From contig CM102286.1 of NCBI GenBank assembly GCA_046563655.1, forward strand, positions 14,446,001 through 14,510,000: DNA of 64,000 nucleotides. Reading direction: 5' to 3'. Under the pieces are notes generated by a model, which searched no databases, had not been told where the DNA came from, and saw only the letters and a list, made by a program, of their open reading frames with translations. The position numbers and the translations under genes were made by a program. Origin of the DNA: Yuukianura sp. NJ FZ-2021. Taxonomy: Eukaryota. This document shows positions 27,302 through 40,654 of the stretch, in pieces (position 1 is the first letter of the stretch; every line of letters begins with the position of its first letter).

Positions 27302-30300
27302 TTAAGCTGTTGGAAGTAGTTTGAAAATTGGCTGGACTTTGTTGTTTCTCCAGCGTCGAATTGGTGTTCGGACGTACTGGAGAAGTATGTCTGGCAGAAT
27401 GCAGGTAACTGCTAAGATGAAAATCGTAAACCAAAAGGCTCCTTGTTCCTGAACTGCGAAAAACACATGATACAGGACGTTCGGTGGGCTTCCGGGAGTC
27501 CTGGACAAAAATTTTGAAGTTTTTTTTTAGAGTTTGTGATTTTTCGAAATTTTAAATTTTGACTTACAAATCCACTTCGGTGATGATGGCAGTTAACCCG
27601 AAGAAGCTAACAAAGGAACATGCGTAGGCAACCAGCATCATGATTGTGATGTACTTCATGTGGACAAGAAGCTATGATGTAAAATTTGAGGTAAAATTTT
27701 CACTTCTTTCTGAAAAGTGACTTTGAAATTTTGAGTTTTTTGAAATACGTTTTTCCACTTACCGCAATGTTGACAATTGCAACGACACAAGTGACCATGA
27801 AAACTCCGTAGGAAGTCCAATCTTCAATGGGGAGTCCATCAATTGCAAAGTAGACAAAGGAGAAGATGAGTGCAGAATGCCAAAAGGCGCGAATCATCCA
27901 AACTCCGAATTCCTTCCATGTCAAATAGCTGTTTTTAGTTAGATTTTTGTAAAGTTCGGGATGATTAAGAAGCGTTTTGTAAGGAACTGGCTGTTCCTGG
28001 AGGGCGTAAGCGAAGATGGGTGCTGAGGTGAAGAAAATGTTAAAGTACGTCATGAAGAAAGCGTTGAACAAGGTCTGTTTAAAAAAATTTACAAAATAAA
28101 AAAAAAAGGTTAAGTAGTGAATAATTGCAAGAGAGTGGTAACTCCAGAAACTCTCTAAATCAACACAAAAATTGCTATAACTCGAGAAATCTGCAGTTCC
28201 GGTTAATTTTAATTGCAGATTCGGATTCAGCTACTCAAAATCTTTACGAATGCACTCACAAAAGTGGGCATTTCGAATTTACGCTTTTCTAAAAAACGTC
28301 AATGGGTTAAAAATGGAACTCAAAATAACTCCTAAATTACATGAAAACACTTGTAACTCTAGAAATATGCAATTCCGGGGAAATCTGATTACTTGAAAGC
28401 ACACTTCATCATTTTTTTTTCAGGTTGACCTTAAGTGACCTCACCTGACTAGAAAATGCTGACTGGATGGCTGACAGTGACGGGGGCATGATGAGAACAA
28501 GATTTTTGTAGAAGAAGTAGTGGATCAGCGTTGCTAGGCGGACGTAGTACCAATGCCCGTGGACCAAAATGGCTTTTTTCAGGAACGAAAAGCGAGCGAG
28601 TGCAAAGTCCGCTGACCTGGCAGCTTGTCGGCCTTCTTTTCCAAAAATTCCTGGCAAAAATTTGAATAATGTGTTAGATTTCCAAAAAAAAATTGGCTAA
28701 ATTTTTCATGTATACCTAAGCCAATATGGGCTTCTTGAATCATGGCGACGTCGTTGGCTCCATCTCCAACTGCTGCTGTGATTGGACTACTTTTGGTTGA
28801 CTTGACCATGCTTACAACCTGGAAGTACACAGAAAAGTACTATGTGTAATGAGAAGTTACGGGTAAGGTAATTCCGGAATTCCATAGTCACTAATTGATT
28901 TATCACGATTAGGCTAAAAAATGGCTTAAAATGGATATATTTTCCTCATTTATAAGAAATTGAAAAAATTCGAAAATATTGTATTTCTAAGCAACATCAC
29001 ACCTTCTAACTGTCTACAGTAGGACTTTTGGAAAAGTCACAATTAGGCTGAGAAAATCACTCAAGTGTATTTTCCTCATTTATGAGAAATTGAAAAAATT
29101 CGAAAATATTGTTTTTCTAAACAACATCATACCTTCTAACTTTCTACAGTAGGACTTTTGGAAAATCCACAATTAGGCTGAGAAAATCACTCAAGTGTAT
29201 TTTCCTCATTTATGAAAAATTGAAAAAATTCGAAAATATTGTTTTTCTAAACAACATCACACCTTCTAACTTTCTACAGTAGGACTTTTGGAAAAGTCAC
29301 AATTAGGCTGAGAAAATCACTCAAGTCTATTTTCCTCATTTATGAAAAACTTAAAAAATTCGAAAATATTGTTTTTCTAAACAACATCACACCTTCTAAC
29401 TTTCTACAGTAGGACTTTTGGAAAAGTCACAATTAGGCTGAGAAAATCACTCAAGTGTATTTTCCTCATTTATGAAAAACTTAAAAAATTCGAAAATATT
29501 GTTTTTCTAAACAACATCACACCTTCTAACTTTCTACAGTAGGACTTTTGGAAAATTCACAATTAGGCTGAGAAAATCACTCAAGTCTATTTTCCTCATT
29601 TATGAAAAATTTAAAAAATTCGAAAATATTGTTTTTCTAAACAACATCACAGCTTCTAACTTTCAAGAGTATACCTTTAGAAAAAGTCACGATTAGGCTG
29701 GGAAGGTCACTAAAGTGTGTTTTCCTAATTTATGACAAAAAAATTCCAAAACTTTCTACAGTATAACTTTTAGAAAAAGGCATTCTTAGATTAAAAATTA
29801 TGACGATGCAGGTGAAGCCTTTGCAAGCATGTGTGGTATGCTTCTGTTATATAATGTTGCAGTTGAGTGTAAATTTATTTGAAGTGCGAGGTGACATAAA
29901 AACGATGATTTTTTCTTACTTGAGCTTTTTGTAATGGCGCCAGGCGACAACAGACGACTCGTCCTGCGTTCATCAAAACCGAACAGAAAAGTTCCGAACA
30001 AGTTTCGAATGCAATGGCTAAACTTTCTCCGTCGATGATGAAAGTTGTGTCTTCGTTGACTGCATTGTCACGTCTGGAATTAAAAAGTTTCAAGATTTCT
30101 GAAAAAAAAAAGTTTCAAAAGCTTTTAAATGTTTCAGCGCGCACTTAAGTCCTTCCAAGTAGGTTGTTAAGTCCTCTGCAGTTTTGAAGTTTGTGAGCCG
30201 CATTTGTTTTGATGTCGCCGTGAGGAGACCACAAGCCACGGCGACATTAACGGCCGTCTCCACTTTGTCGCCCGTGAGAACCCAGACACGAATTCCAGCA

Positions 30301-33300
30301 TGTCCAAGTGCAGTCAACGTATCTTGGACTCCATCTTGGAGTTGGTCTTCTACTCCTGTGGCTCCTAGAATTTGGTATTGTGATTCCACCGATTTGTACA
30401 ACTCACGCATTTTCTCTTCACGATTTTGCACTTGACGGCGTGCTTTATTCACTTCTTTGGTAAAATCTTCTAGTTCTTTTTGCGTCATTTGCTTTTGAGC
30501 TACTGCCAGAGTGCGCAAGCCCATCTGTCAAAAACCGAAAGAAACTGAAACTTTAGTTTTCAACAAACTTTTGAAAATGGAAATTTTGTTTTCGACAAAA
30601 TTTTCACGATTTCTCACTTGAGCAAATTCATCAACATGCTGATTGGTCTTTGCAATTGGGCCGGAAATCCCTTTTGGAAATATTGACGACTCAGCTCCTT
30701 TTGTTAACATCCAAATTTCATTTTGTGAATTTTCAACTATGACGGACATGCACTTCCTGTCTAAAAAATAAACATCGAATTCAGAATTCTTGAAATTTTT
30801 GGAAAATTTGAAGTTAAGAAAACATACCCGCGTCAAATTCCAAAACGAAATGCCGCTTGTAGGTTTCAGTTCTCCCAAAAACATCCAAAGTCAAAATCTC
30901 GTTTTTATCGCTCACAAATCTTACTCCAAGACTGAAATGTTTTGAAAAAAGAAAAACTCAAAATTTTGAAACACTAAGTTCATTGTGTAACTTACGCTGC
31001 ACATGATTGAAGCAGCGCCAGTTCATCAGGGCTGGACGCTTGAAAATCGGGAATGCCCTGCGGCGTGCTATTTTTGCTACCTTTCACTTCAATCTCTCCG
31101 TTTTTAAAACTTTTTCTCCTAGAAGATTGTCGTTTCTTGCGCTGTTCATCTGTAGTGACCTGTACTGTATGACAGAGAGCAAGCGTTCTGAAAAATTGTA
31201 AAATTTCGGAGTTTTTGGGTTCTGAAATGTCCAGAACCGTTTTTGGTTCTTGTTGGGACACAATGGCTTGTGTCTGCTTATGATACGAGTAGCGAACTCC
31301 ATTGACCGAACAGTCCCGGAACTCCATGATGTTTTCAGTTAAAGTTCCTGTTTTGTCACTAAAAAGATACTCGATTTGACCCAGCTCTTCGTTGAGGTCA
31401 GAAGTGTTACAGAGTGGTGGAGCTCCAGTTTCTGGACACTTCATGTCATTGTCCCACACGAAAAACATGGCACCAAAGAACGTTTGCAATTCTGTTGTAA
31501 CATTTTTAAAGGAAAATTTCAAACTTTAAATTTCAAAATTTCGAACTTCATTTCAAATTTTATACTAAACTTACCAATAGTTACGTAAAGTGAAAGTGGA
31601 ACGACGTAGTAAAAGACAATGAGAAACGCAAAGGAAATTTCTACGACGTACATAAAAGTAACTTCGTCTGGTGGACCCAAGTACCAAGCGGACTCTGAAA
31701 TGTAACAATAATAAAAAAATACATAAATAATATAATAAAAATTAATTAATTAAAATAAATTAACATTAATTAGTTAATTTTTTACCAAGTTTTAAATATA
31801 TGTCGGTTTACCTATGATGGGACTCCAAAGCCAAAAGAAATGTATAACAGTGTACAGTGTAACAGCTAGCAACATCAGTATCATTATGAGCACCAAGAAG
31901 CTGTTGATTGACCTAAAATATATAATAAATTATATAATATAATAACATAACTTATATAATATAATAATAATGTATAATTGAAACTGTATTGGGTTTACTT
32001 GTCCGCTGTTGAGTACTTGGCTGTAATTTGTTTTGAATTTAGTGCGAGACGTGTGTCCACTCCAGTGTAAATTACGAGGCCATAAACTGAATCCGTATTT
32101 TTGAGTTTCGTACCTCGCAGAAGCATGTTTTCCATCGTAATTGGAATTTCTAGAAACTCAGATGCAGACGGAACTTCATCTTCTTCTTCATCTTCCAAAA
32201 TTTTGGTGTTCAGTTTTGCACGGATTGAGTCCCGAATCTATTTTTGGAATAAAACTTTTATAATTTGAAATTTTATACCACAGTTTGGCACTATAGTCCG
32301 TCCATTTTTGCTTTGCTTTTAGTTTTACCGCCAGTCCAAGTTTTCTAGACATTGAATCAGAAGTTGATGCGGCCATTTCAAATTTTTCTGATTTGCGACT
32401 GCGCATGGACTCTGGTTGCTGAAATTGGCGTTTAAGTAGAAGCAGATTCCCGTTGAACGAATACAAATTGGCGTTCGGGTGTTCACATTCCATGACGGCA
32501 TTCAGCGATGAAAAATCTGACGGTTGTTGTAATACTGGAAGCCCGGGAGGACAGTAACGCATCTAAAAAAAAACAAATTTTTTCAAAAAATTTCGCAAAA
32601 CTCCACTTTTTTTTAATTCTTGAACTTTTAGAACCTTCAGATTTGATTCTCCATCCAAGTTTGCTGTGGTGATTTGGCAACGATGAAATTCGTCGCTAGA
32701 GGACAAGACGAGAATGTCGGCGGGAAGCGGATCTTCGTCTTCCAGCCGAACAATGTCGCCGACCTTGAGATCCTTAGACTTGACCGTCTGGTTACATAAA
32801 TTACATAAGTTACATAAGTTAACATAATGTTTGTTAACATAATCTTGTCAAATCTTTAATCAGTGAGTCATTACTTTTAGAATTCCATTTCTGACTACGT
32901 CAACATCCCGATTATTCACAGCGCCATCCGCTTTGTGACGAAGGTAATCTTCATAGCCCTGCTTAATTGCAGTCACAGTTAGGATAACAATGATGCCCAA
33001 CATTGAAGACCAAGGATTTTCTGGACTTGGTATGAACAACTATTCAAAAAAAAAATTCAAAATTTTGAAATTTTCAAAAGTTATGATTCAAAAAATAGAA
33101 AATTTCGTACCATCAGTATAGTGATCGTGATAAAGTAGAAGTTGACCCAACGCCGGCATTGTTCGTACAAATTTTTCGGTAGGAAAGTGAAGATGGTGTA
33201 CTTAAATTTTAAAAACAAAAAAAATGAAGCATATTTTTTTTATTTAATTTTTTTTTTAGAATTTACCCGCGAAGTTTTGATGTAATTGCTGCAGAATGTT

Positions 33301-33759
33301 TGTTGTTTAAAATAAGACTCGGTTTCTTCAATCCCATTGGTTCTTCTGGATCCTCCTCTTCTCGTTGTCCGTCTCTGCGTCGACGCTTGTAGCTGCCTGC
33401 GTTTAGAAGCAGACGCAACACTACTGTTTCTCCTGACGACAGTTTTAGTCGGTGTGTCTTCATCTGCACGTCGTCGAATAGTCCCGTGACTCAGAGTGTC
33501 GCGATTCGTTCTGCGTCCGCTCCATCTCCGGCCTTGAAACGGCGGTTCTTCTTCAATTTCCGGAACTTTTCCGACGTAAATTTTCCTAGGAACGGCAGAC
33601 TCTGCGGTTTCCTCTGTCAATTTGGTCTTCCTGGAGCACCGATTGCCCTAAACATAAAAAACACCGAAGTTAAAAAAAACGCTAAAATACAGTAACAGTA
33701 AAACACCGAAACACAGTAACACTAAAACAGTAAAACACTGAAACGCTGAATTTTACCAT
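27302..33759 (-). CDS. ATP11: P4-type phospholipid-transporting ATPase (flippase), ATP11-like class
   Basis: Motifs [78 protein letters not shown] and [13 protein letters not shown]. The probable first coding exon is ATG only (33759-33757), spliced to GNRCSRK at ~33648. Confidence 0.92.
28903..29770. repeat. 130-bp tandem repeat array (~6.5 copies) in a P4-ATPase intron
   Basis: TTTCCTCATT recurs at 28941, 29071, 29201, 29331, 29461 and 29591, with a variant at 29721; internal copies are nearly identical. Confidence 0.95.
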
Positions 33760-34360
33760 TTGTGTGTTGGAAATTTAAGAAAACAGCAAGTGATATTTTC
33801 CCTCGTCGTCGTTCTTTGTACAAATAATCAAAAAATGTGTACAATTAGTTAATTATTTGCTAAAATTTGTGCAATTAGTCAACAATTTGCTAAAATTTGT
33901 TCAATTAGTTAACTATTCGCTAATTAATTTGTAAACACTTTAGCCTACTTTCACTTCTTGACTAATTTCCGTACTTTATTGACTGATATGCTAAAACCGC
34001 AATGCCGCAAACAGTACGTCTGAAGTGGAGCTGAAGATAGGCTGGAGGTGGCAAATTTTTGCCAACTTAGTAGGCGCCGCCCGAATTTGTGTCCGGATGT
34101 GCCAAAATTGTGCAAATTTGCAAATCTTATCGCATGGGTGATTAGTAATCACAGACCTTGTGAAGTGCAAAGTGTCAAATATTGACAAATTTCCCTGACA
34201 TTGAACAATTGTAAGAGGATTCTGTTCATGTGACTGAGGTTAGTCTGCGTCTGTGCAATGTAGTACAATACAGTGCCTTTTTTTGTAAAGATGACAATTT
34301 CTAAAGCTCAAGCCAAACTGTATGATTTATTGGGCATGAAAATTAAAATTGATGACATTT

Positions 34361-36163
34361 TTAGAAAAAGTGACGCATGACAACAAGAAGTGGCACAAAA
34401 ATGAACAGATTTTGAATTCGAGCGAAACCGACTCCAGAATTCAAAGATGAATCGTCCATCGTTTCAAGGACTTGGATTCCTTTCCAAACTTCTACAATAT
34501 TAAAATTTCAAAAAAAAAGTAAAAAAAACTGAATTTCGAAAACGAATTTTGTAAAATTCATTTTTAAAATGATACGTTGTAATGTTACCTTCTGCTGTTG
34601 GAATGATTTGGTCTTCAGGCAAATCATACCCTAAAAGAAAATATGTTTCTTGTGTATTATTATATTAATTATATTATATGAATTAAATTATATTACTAGG
34701 GTCATACCATGGGAACCACCACATCTGAGTTCTACGGTTGCAGCGTACTTGGCTCCAAGGTTTTTGGCATAGTCGTCACTGGCACCTCCGACGCCATCTG
34801 AGAGTATAAAATGAATTTGAATATTATTATAAATAATTTATTTATAATATACTTACAAAGCAACTCTGCTGCTTGACCATAAGTATAATTCTGTCCATGA
34901 ACGCTATTGATTGCTTCAGTACTTAATCTGCCCCAACGCTCCTTAATTAACCAAAAAAATCAAAATAAGTTTTACAAAATGTTGAAATGAGAACATTTTC
35001 AGAAATTTTTTTGAAAATTTTGAAGTCATGAATTTACCAGCTCTTTGTACTCTTTGGGAAAGGCATTTGCAGTATACCCCCAAGACAATAGCCAAAGCTA
35101 AAATTTAAAAAGACAATTTTTTTTGGAAAATAAAATTTGGTTTGAAGGTCAAAGGTCAAATGACTTCTTTCTTACGGATCCACAAGCATGGAGAGTAATG
35201 TACGCGAAAATTCCGTTTTCATTGCCTATCAAGCTTTGCAATTGTGTGCTTAATGCTGCCGTTTCCGGTTCTGATAATGCAGTACTTCCTCCTGAAGTTT
35301 CAAAATTTTGAAAATTTAATTTTTTTTTGAAAATTTAGAAACATTTTGAACACAGGAAGTGCTTCCTAGTTTTGCTTATCCAAACTTACTGTAGTTGTTA
35401 GCACACGGTTCAGTCGAGGTATTCTCTCCACCTACAACACAAAAACATTCCGTTCAAATTCAAAATGCAAACCCGCGATTTTCAAATATTTAAAATTTTG
35501 AATCGATTTAAATTTTGGCGCCATACCGAAGAAGTAAGGGAAGTTTCTGTTTGGATCGACTCCAATGCATGCAGTATTGACCGTCATGCTTCGTGTTTTT
35601 CTCCATGATCTGTCTCCGTCGGGTGCATGTGTAAAGATGTATCCGTCTGGATTTAGAACCGGCACAATTCGAAAATCAAATTTACTCAAAATGGCCATGT
35701 AGTTGGCAGTGTTGAACGTCAGTTCATTGATGATGTACACAGCAACAGCACTCGAAATCCACTCATTTGCATGGATGTTGGCATCTATGTAGATGATCGG
35801 CTTTGTTTTCCCTTGTGCGTCCGGTCCAGTTGAAATTTCAACTTCAAAAATTTCATTGAGATCCGTACTTATTCCAATTTCGTTAACATAAGCTACTGCG
35901 TTTGTCTCCGCTTTGCCTACTTCCTCCACCAGCCACGTTTTGATCTTAAAAAATGACAAATATTTTGAAAGATTGAGAAAATATTTTAGAAAGTAAATTT
36001 TTATGAAAATCTTTTAGGTAAACACATGACCTTTGACCTTGATGAGGTCAAGACTTACATCTGCGAAGCTGTTGTACTTGGCCGTGTTGATTGCTGCTTT
36101 TGTGCTTTGCGTAATTGTGGAAAACGCAAAAGACAAAATCAAAAATGCACAAACTTTTTTCAT
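34361..36163 (-). CDS. M14A zinc carboxypeptidase, copy 1 (CPB-type Asp255; no pro-domain; hydrophobic C-terminal tail)
   Basis: Signal peptide MKKVCAFLILSFAFS; IHANEW, WRKTRS, GVDPNRNF, ITLHAC, YGVGGASDDY, TVELR; last exon ends ...ARIQNLFIFVPLLVVMRHFF*. Confidence 0.88.
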
Positions 36164-36893
36164 TTTGGATGAACAGAATCTAGACTGTTTTTTAACTTTT
36201 TAAAATGTGGGTTTGGTTGAAGTTAGTTAAAATTGAGTGGCATTGATTTTTAGCAAAATCAAAAAAATTCGCAAAAGTGGACAAAATTTATCTCGATTTG
36301 GCTACAATCAGTAGCAAAAGTAAAAAGTTTGGCTAATTTACGTTTTTTCAGAATCGGAATCCCTCTTCACTTTTTTGGATTGAAGTGTTTGCATTTTAAT
36401 TACACCGGGTTGCACAAGAAATCAAAATTCGGTCACATTTGGATAATAAATTTCATTTGGCTTAAAACTATAAGTGCTAGTTGATGTCATTTTGATTTGA
36501 GTTTTTAATAAATGGAGAACTACTTCAAAATGGTATGATAAAATCTGTTGCTGTATTTCCGTAATGGCGAATTTCACAAGAATTTTTTTCGAAAATCCTC
36601 AGGTGATACTGGTTTTTAGTTTTACGGCTGATGTTTTGCACAATGAAATGACAGAGCAATTTCATCATCAGTTCATCAGGGTTTCTCGCTTTCATGATAA
36701 CTTGAAACGCCAAACTGGAGAAAAAAAGTTCAATTTTACAAAACTTTGGGTTCTAAACGACAGTTTTATTGAAAACTTTGTTGATTCTTAATAACATGAA
36801 GTGAATTTTCGTAATTCGTAATTCGTATTTTCCAATTTCAACTTTTACTGTTATATTTATTTCAAAAACGTCTTTTGTTTAATTGTTATAGAA

Positions 36894-39052
36894 TTACATC
36901 AAGTATTTCGCTAACAAAAGTAGCTGAACACCAATCAGCCACTGCTTTGCAAAAATCGCTTCAACGCCTGACACTGAGTTCGGATCACGCTTGTAAACGT
37001 CGCCGATCACTTGAATTCCCTTCCACACTTCTACAGAGTAAATTTCAAAAACTCAAATTTATATTTTCAAAATTTTGAAAGTTGTGTCTCCTAAAATACC
37101 TTGAGAAGTTGGGAGAATTTGTTCAGGAGGCAAAAGAAAACCTGAAAATTTCGATTTCGGTTAACTTTTTGCAATTCCATTGAACAACTGAAACAAAAAT
37201 GAGAAATTACTAACCATAACGTCGGTTGTCCCTTAGCTCAAGCGTTGTTGAGTATTTGATGCCAATGGATTTGGCCCAATCGTCACTAGCACCTCCAACT
37301 CCATCTGAACATAACACATAATAAGTTATGTTAAGTTATGTAAGCTTACATTATGTAAGACTGTACTTACATAACAAGTCAGCTCCAGTTCCATAGGTGT
37401 AGTTCATTTGATGAACGCTGTAAATGGCCTCTGCACTTTCTTTGCCCCAGGCGTACTGAAAAAAGTACATTTTCGTGTGAATCAAAATTTTGAAAGTCAA
37501 CGGTCTGTTAAATCGTCGACTTTTGGTTTTGCTTTAAAAAGCAGAACTTACAATATCTTCGTAGTCCCTTGGAACAACGTTTGACGCAAATCCCCATGAA
37601 AGAAGCCACAACTAAATTTTAAAAACTTGTTTGAATTTGAAACTTTTCAAATTATATAAAGAAAAACTTTTTTTTGAAAATCCCGCACTTGTCCGTATGA
37701 ATGAATGGTGAAATAGGCGTAGATTCTGTTTGCTTCTCCGCCTTGAACTTTGGTAATATCCTCTGCCAACGCCTTCGTTTCTGGTTCGGACAGTGGCGCA
37801 GGTCCCTCTAAATTTCAAACAAATGAATTTCAAATTTCTAAATGTAAATGTAAATGTGAATTAAAAATATTTAAAATTTAGTAATTTAAAAAATAAACGT
37901 GAGTGTAAATGTAACTAAACACGTACTGTAAATGTCACTGGAAGGATCAGAGGAAGTTGATTCTCCGCCTGCGGATTCAGAAATTTTGAGAATGTTAGGA
38001 ACTAAAATTTTTTTTTCAAAATCAAAATGTGCTCGGAAAAGTTTCTACCAAAGAAAAATGGGAAATTTCTGTTGGCGTCAACTCCAATATGACCAGTATT
38101 GGCATCTACACTTCTCGTTTTCCTCCACATGCGATAATTCATGTCTTCTGGATCTACATGTGTAAATGCAAATCCATCTGGATTCAGAACAGGAACAATG
38201 TAGAAGTCAAACATATCCAGAAGCGAAGTGTACGCGGCAGTGTTGAGCGTAAGTTCATTGATGATGTAAGTGGCCACTGCACTCGTAATCCACTCCCGCG
38301 CATGGATATTGGCATCCATGTAGATCACTGGCTTGGCTCCGCCCCCAGACAAAGCTCCAGTCGACACAATCACTCGGTATAGTTGTCTACCCTCTGTACT
38401 TTTACCAATTGTATCAACTGTTGCAACGGAACTGGCATTTACATCATTCACCAACCAACTTTCAATCTGAAATTTTGAAATTTTGTTCAATTTCTCACTT
38501 TTTTTTGAAATTTTGGGTGAATTTGTGCTTACCTCCTCAAAAGTGTGGTAGGACGTCCATTCCACAGCTTTCGAACTCGCGGCGCGTTTTTGTGCATTTT
38601 CAGCAGCTTGCTGAGCCAGTAAGCTGAAAAGTTAAAAAGTTAGAAATTCTGATGAAGTTAAAGTTTGTTTTAATTTTGTCTTTTAAAAATTTACCTCTGA
38701 ACATCGGAAATTTTAGTTTTGAATTTCAGTTTGTGAGTCATGAGTAAGGATTTGAGTTGGTCGAATTTGTTAGAACGAACCATGATGTCTGCATCTCTGT
38801 TCAAAACTGCCGGTTTCCAAAAATCATAATCTTTTGTAGCTTCAATTTCCTTCAAAAACTGAACTTGATCTCTCGTTTTAGGTGTAACGCTAACTACTCG
38901 GTATCTACAAAATTTGAAATTAGAATTTTAAAATTTTAACCCAAAATTTTGATTTGACCCTTGCCCTTGCTTTACCTTTCACCCCCAGCTTCCTCCTTGG
39001 CGTTGACTACTACGCCTACACACAAAATGGAAAATAAAATAATTTTTATCAT
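36894..39052 (-). CDS. M14A zinc carboxypeptidase, copy 2 (CPB-type, with activation pro-peptide; hydrophobic C-terminal tail)
   Basis: Signal peptide MIKIILFSILCVGVVVNA; pro-peptide exon ~38905-38696 (DYDFWKP..DIMV..KISDVQ); IHAREW, WRKTRS, GVDANRNF, FTIHSYGQ, GGASDDWAK, TLELRD; ends ...WLIGVQLLLLAKYLM*. Confidence 0.9.
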
Positions 39053-40654
39053 TTTGAACAAAGCTGTTGTAAATTCAGAGACAAAATTAAAACTAAAGTG
39101 AGATTTTGAAAAGAGTGAAAGTTTGGTAGAACTTGAAACTTTTATCACCAAAATCCGTTTAATCAGCACAAAAAAATTACCCAACTGAAAATTAAATTCA
39201 ATTGAGCTCCTTTTACTGATAAAGTGACTTCACATACTCTTCATTTCCAAATTGGCAAAATTGAAATTCTGTGAAAATTAAAAGAGCAACGGAAAGGCTC
39301 ACTCGGTCGTACCAGAAAAAAAATTGAAAATTTTCGTCAAAGTTTTCCTTTAATTTTTTGAATTTATACTCCAGAGCAATTAATTGTAAAAGTTTCGTTA
39401 CTTTATGGTCTGTTGTTGCATTAAACTCAAAGTGTTTTGGTAATTACCGTTTTTCTAAAACAAGAATTATAACTTATTGCTATAGTTTACAACATTTTTC
39501 CTCCAAGAACTTTTTTCCCAAAAAATTTCATTTTTTAACCTTAAGCGATCAGCTTCAGTTTCTATCTCCAGCATAGGATTATCTTGCCGCTGCCTGTCCT
39601 AATGTGGGAAAGTGTGAGACTGTCAGTAACAACCCAACCATAACTTTCTCCAGCGATCGCTGGAGAATCGCTGGAGAAAAAAAGCATACGGATAGCACTG
39701 GAAGGAGAAGCGCTTCCATTTTATGATCATTTCCTACCATCATCATTCCATCCCAAACTCATAATCATTATTATCCTCCTGCCACTCCAACTAAACACAA
39801 TTACTTCCACTCTTCTAAATTTTCAAAAACAGAACTCCTGTTTCCCGAAATTTCAAAATTAATTTCAAAATTTCCAGGGTTTCAAATTAATTTCCACTGT
39901 TTAATTAATTCTGAACTAAAAATTTCATTTCCAAAGCAAACAACTGCAGGTTTGGAGACCGAGATTGAAAATATGAGTAATGGGATACGTTCTAAAATCC
40001 GTTTTTTAGAAAAGAGACATTTTTTTTTTAAAAAAAAAGCGTAGAGTCTAGACAGTGACAAATGCGGAAGGTTGATTTTGGAATGGGGTTGCCATCCGGT
40101 GGCTGCTGCTGTTGCCATTGCCAGCATAGTGTCTGTTGTAGTGAAAGTAATTTTCTCTTGTCATGTATTTTGTGGAGGTGGCTACAGCTCATTGCGTTTT
40201 GTTTTCTCGAGAGAACTGCGGTGCTGGAAAGACGCTGGAACGACTGGAAAGACGCTGGAACCTTCCAGCCCTGTCTCGCTCCTATTTTGCAGATTTTGAA
40301 CTGTGGAGGGCCTTTCATTTCCCTTTTGTTCTGGAACTCCAGCGGCGCAGCGCTGCTTTTTACACTTTCTCTTACTTTCTCCACAAACTTTTACTTTTTC
40401 TTGAAGTTTGGATCACCATTTTCACCAGTGCCGAATTTCAACTGGACCTGATCACTACTTCTGCTCTGTTTTTTCAAAAAATAGCCCTTGATAGCAAGTA
40501 ATTTGGAGAAAAGTACGACAGTCGTTGAGAGAAATTGGAGGGCGGTGACCTGTGACCTCAATTTGAAATTAAGTTTCTAAAAGTGGCGCCAAATTGTTCC
40601 TGCTGAATAATTTAACAGGTCACCAACTTCGGTGTCCGCACTCTCCCTAGGCGC

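Noticed and set aside
40062..40451. Cys-rich ORF (GGCCCCHCQH) as a metallothionein-like gene
   Set aside because: The Cys run derives from a TGC/TGT low-complexity tract, overlapping ORFs exist in several frames, and no family pattern is recognisable.
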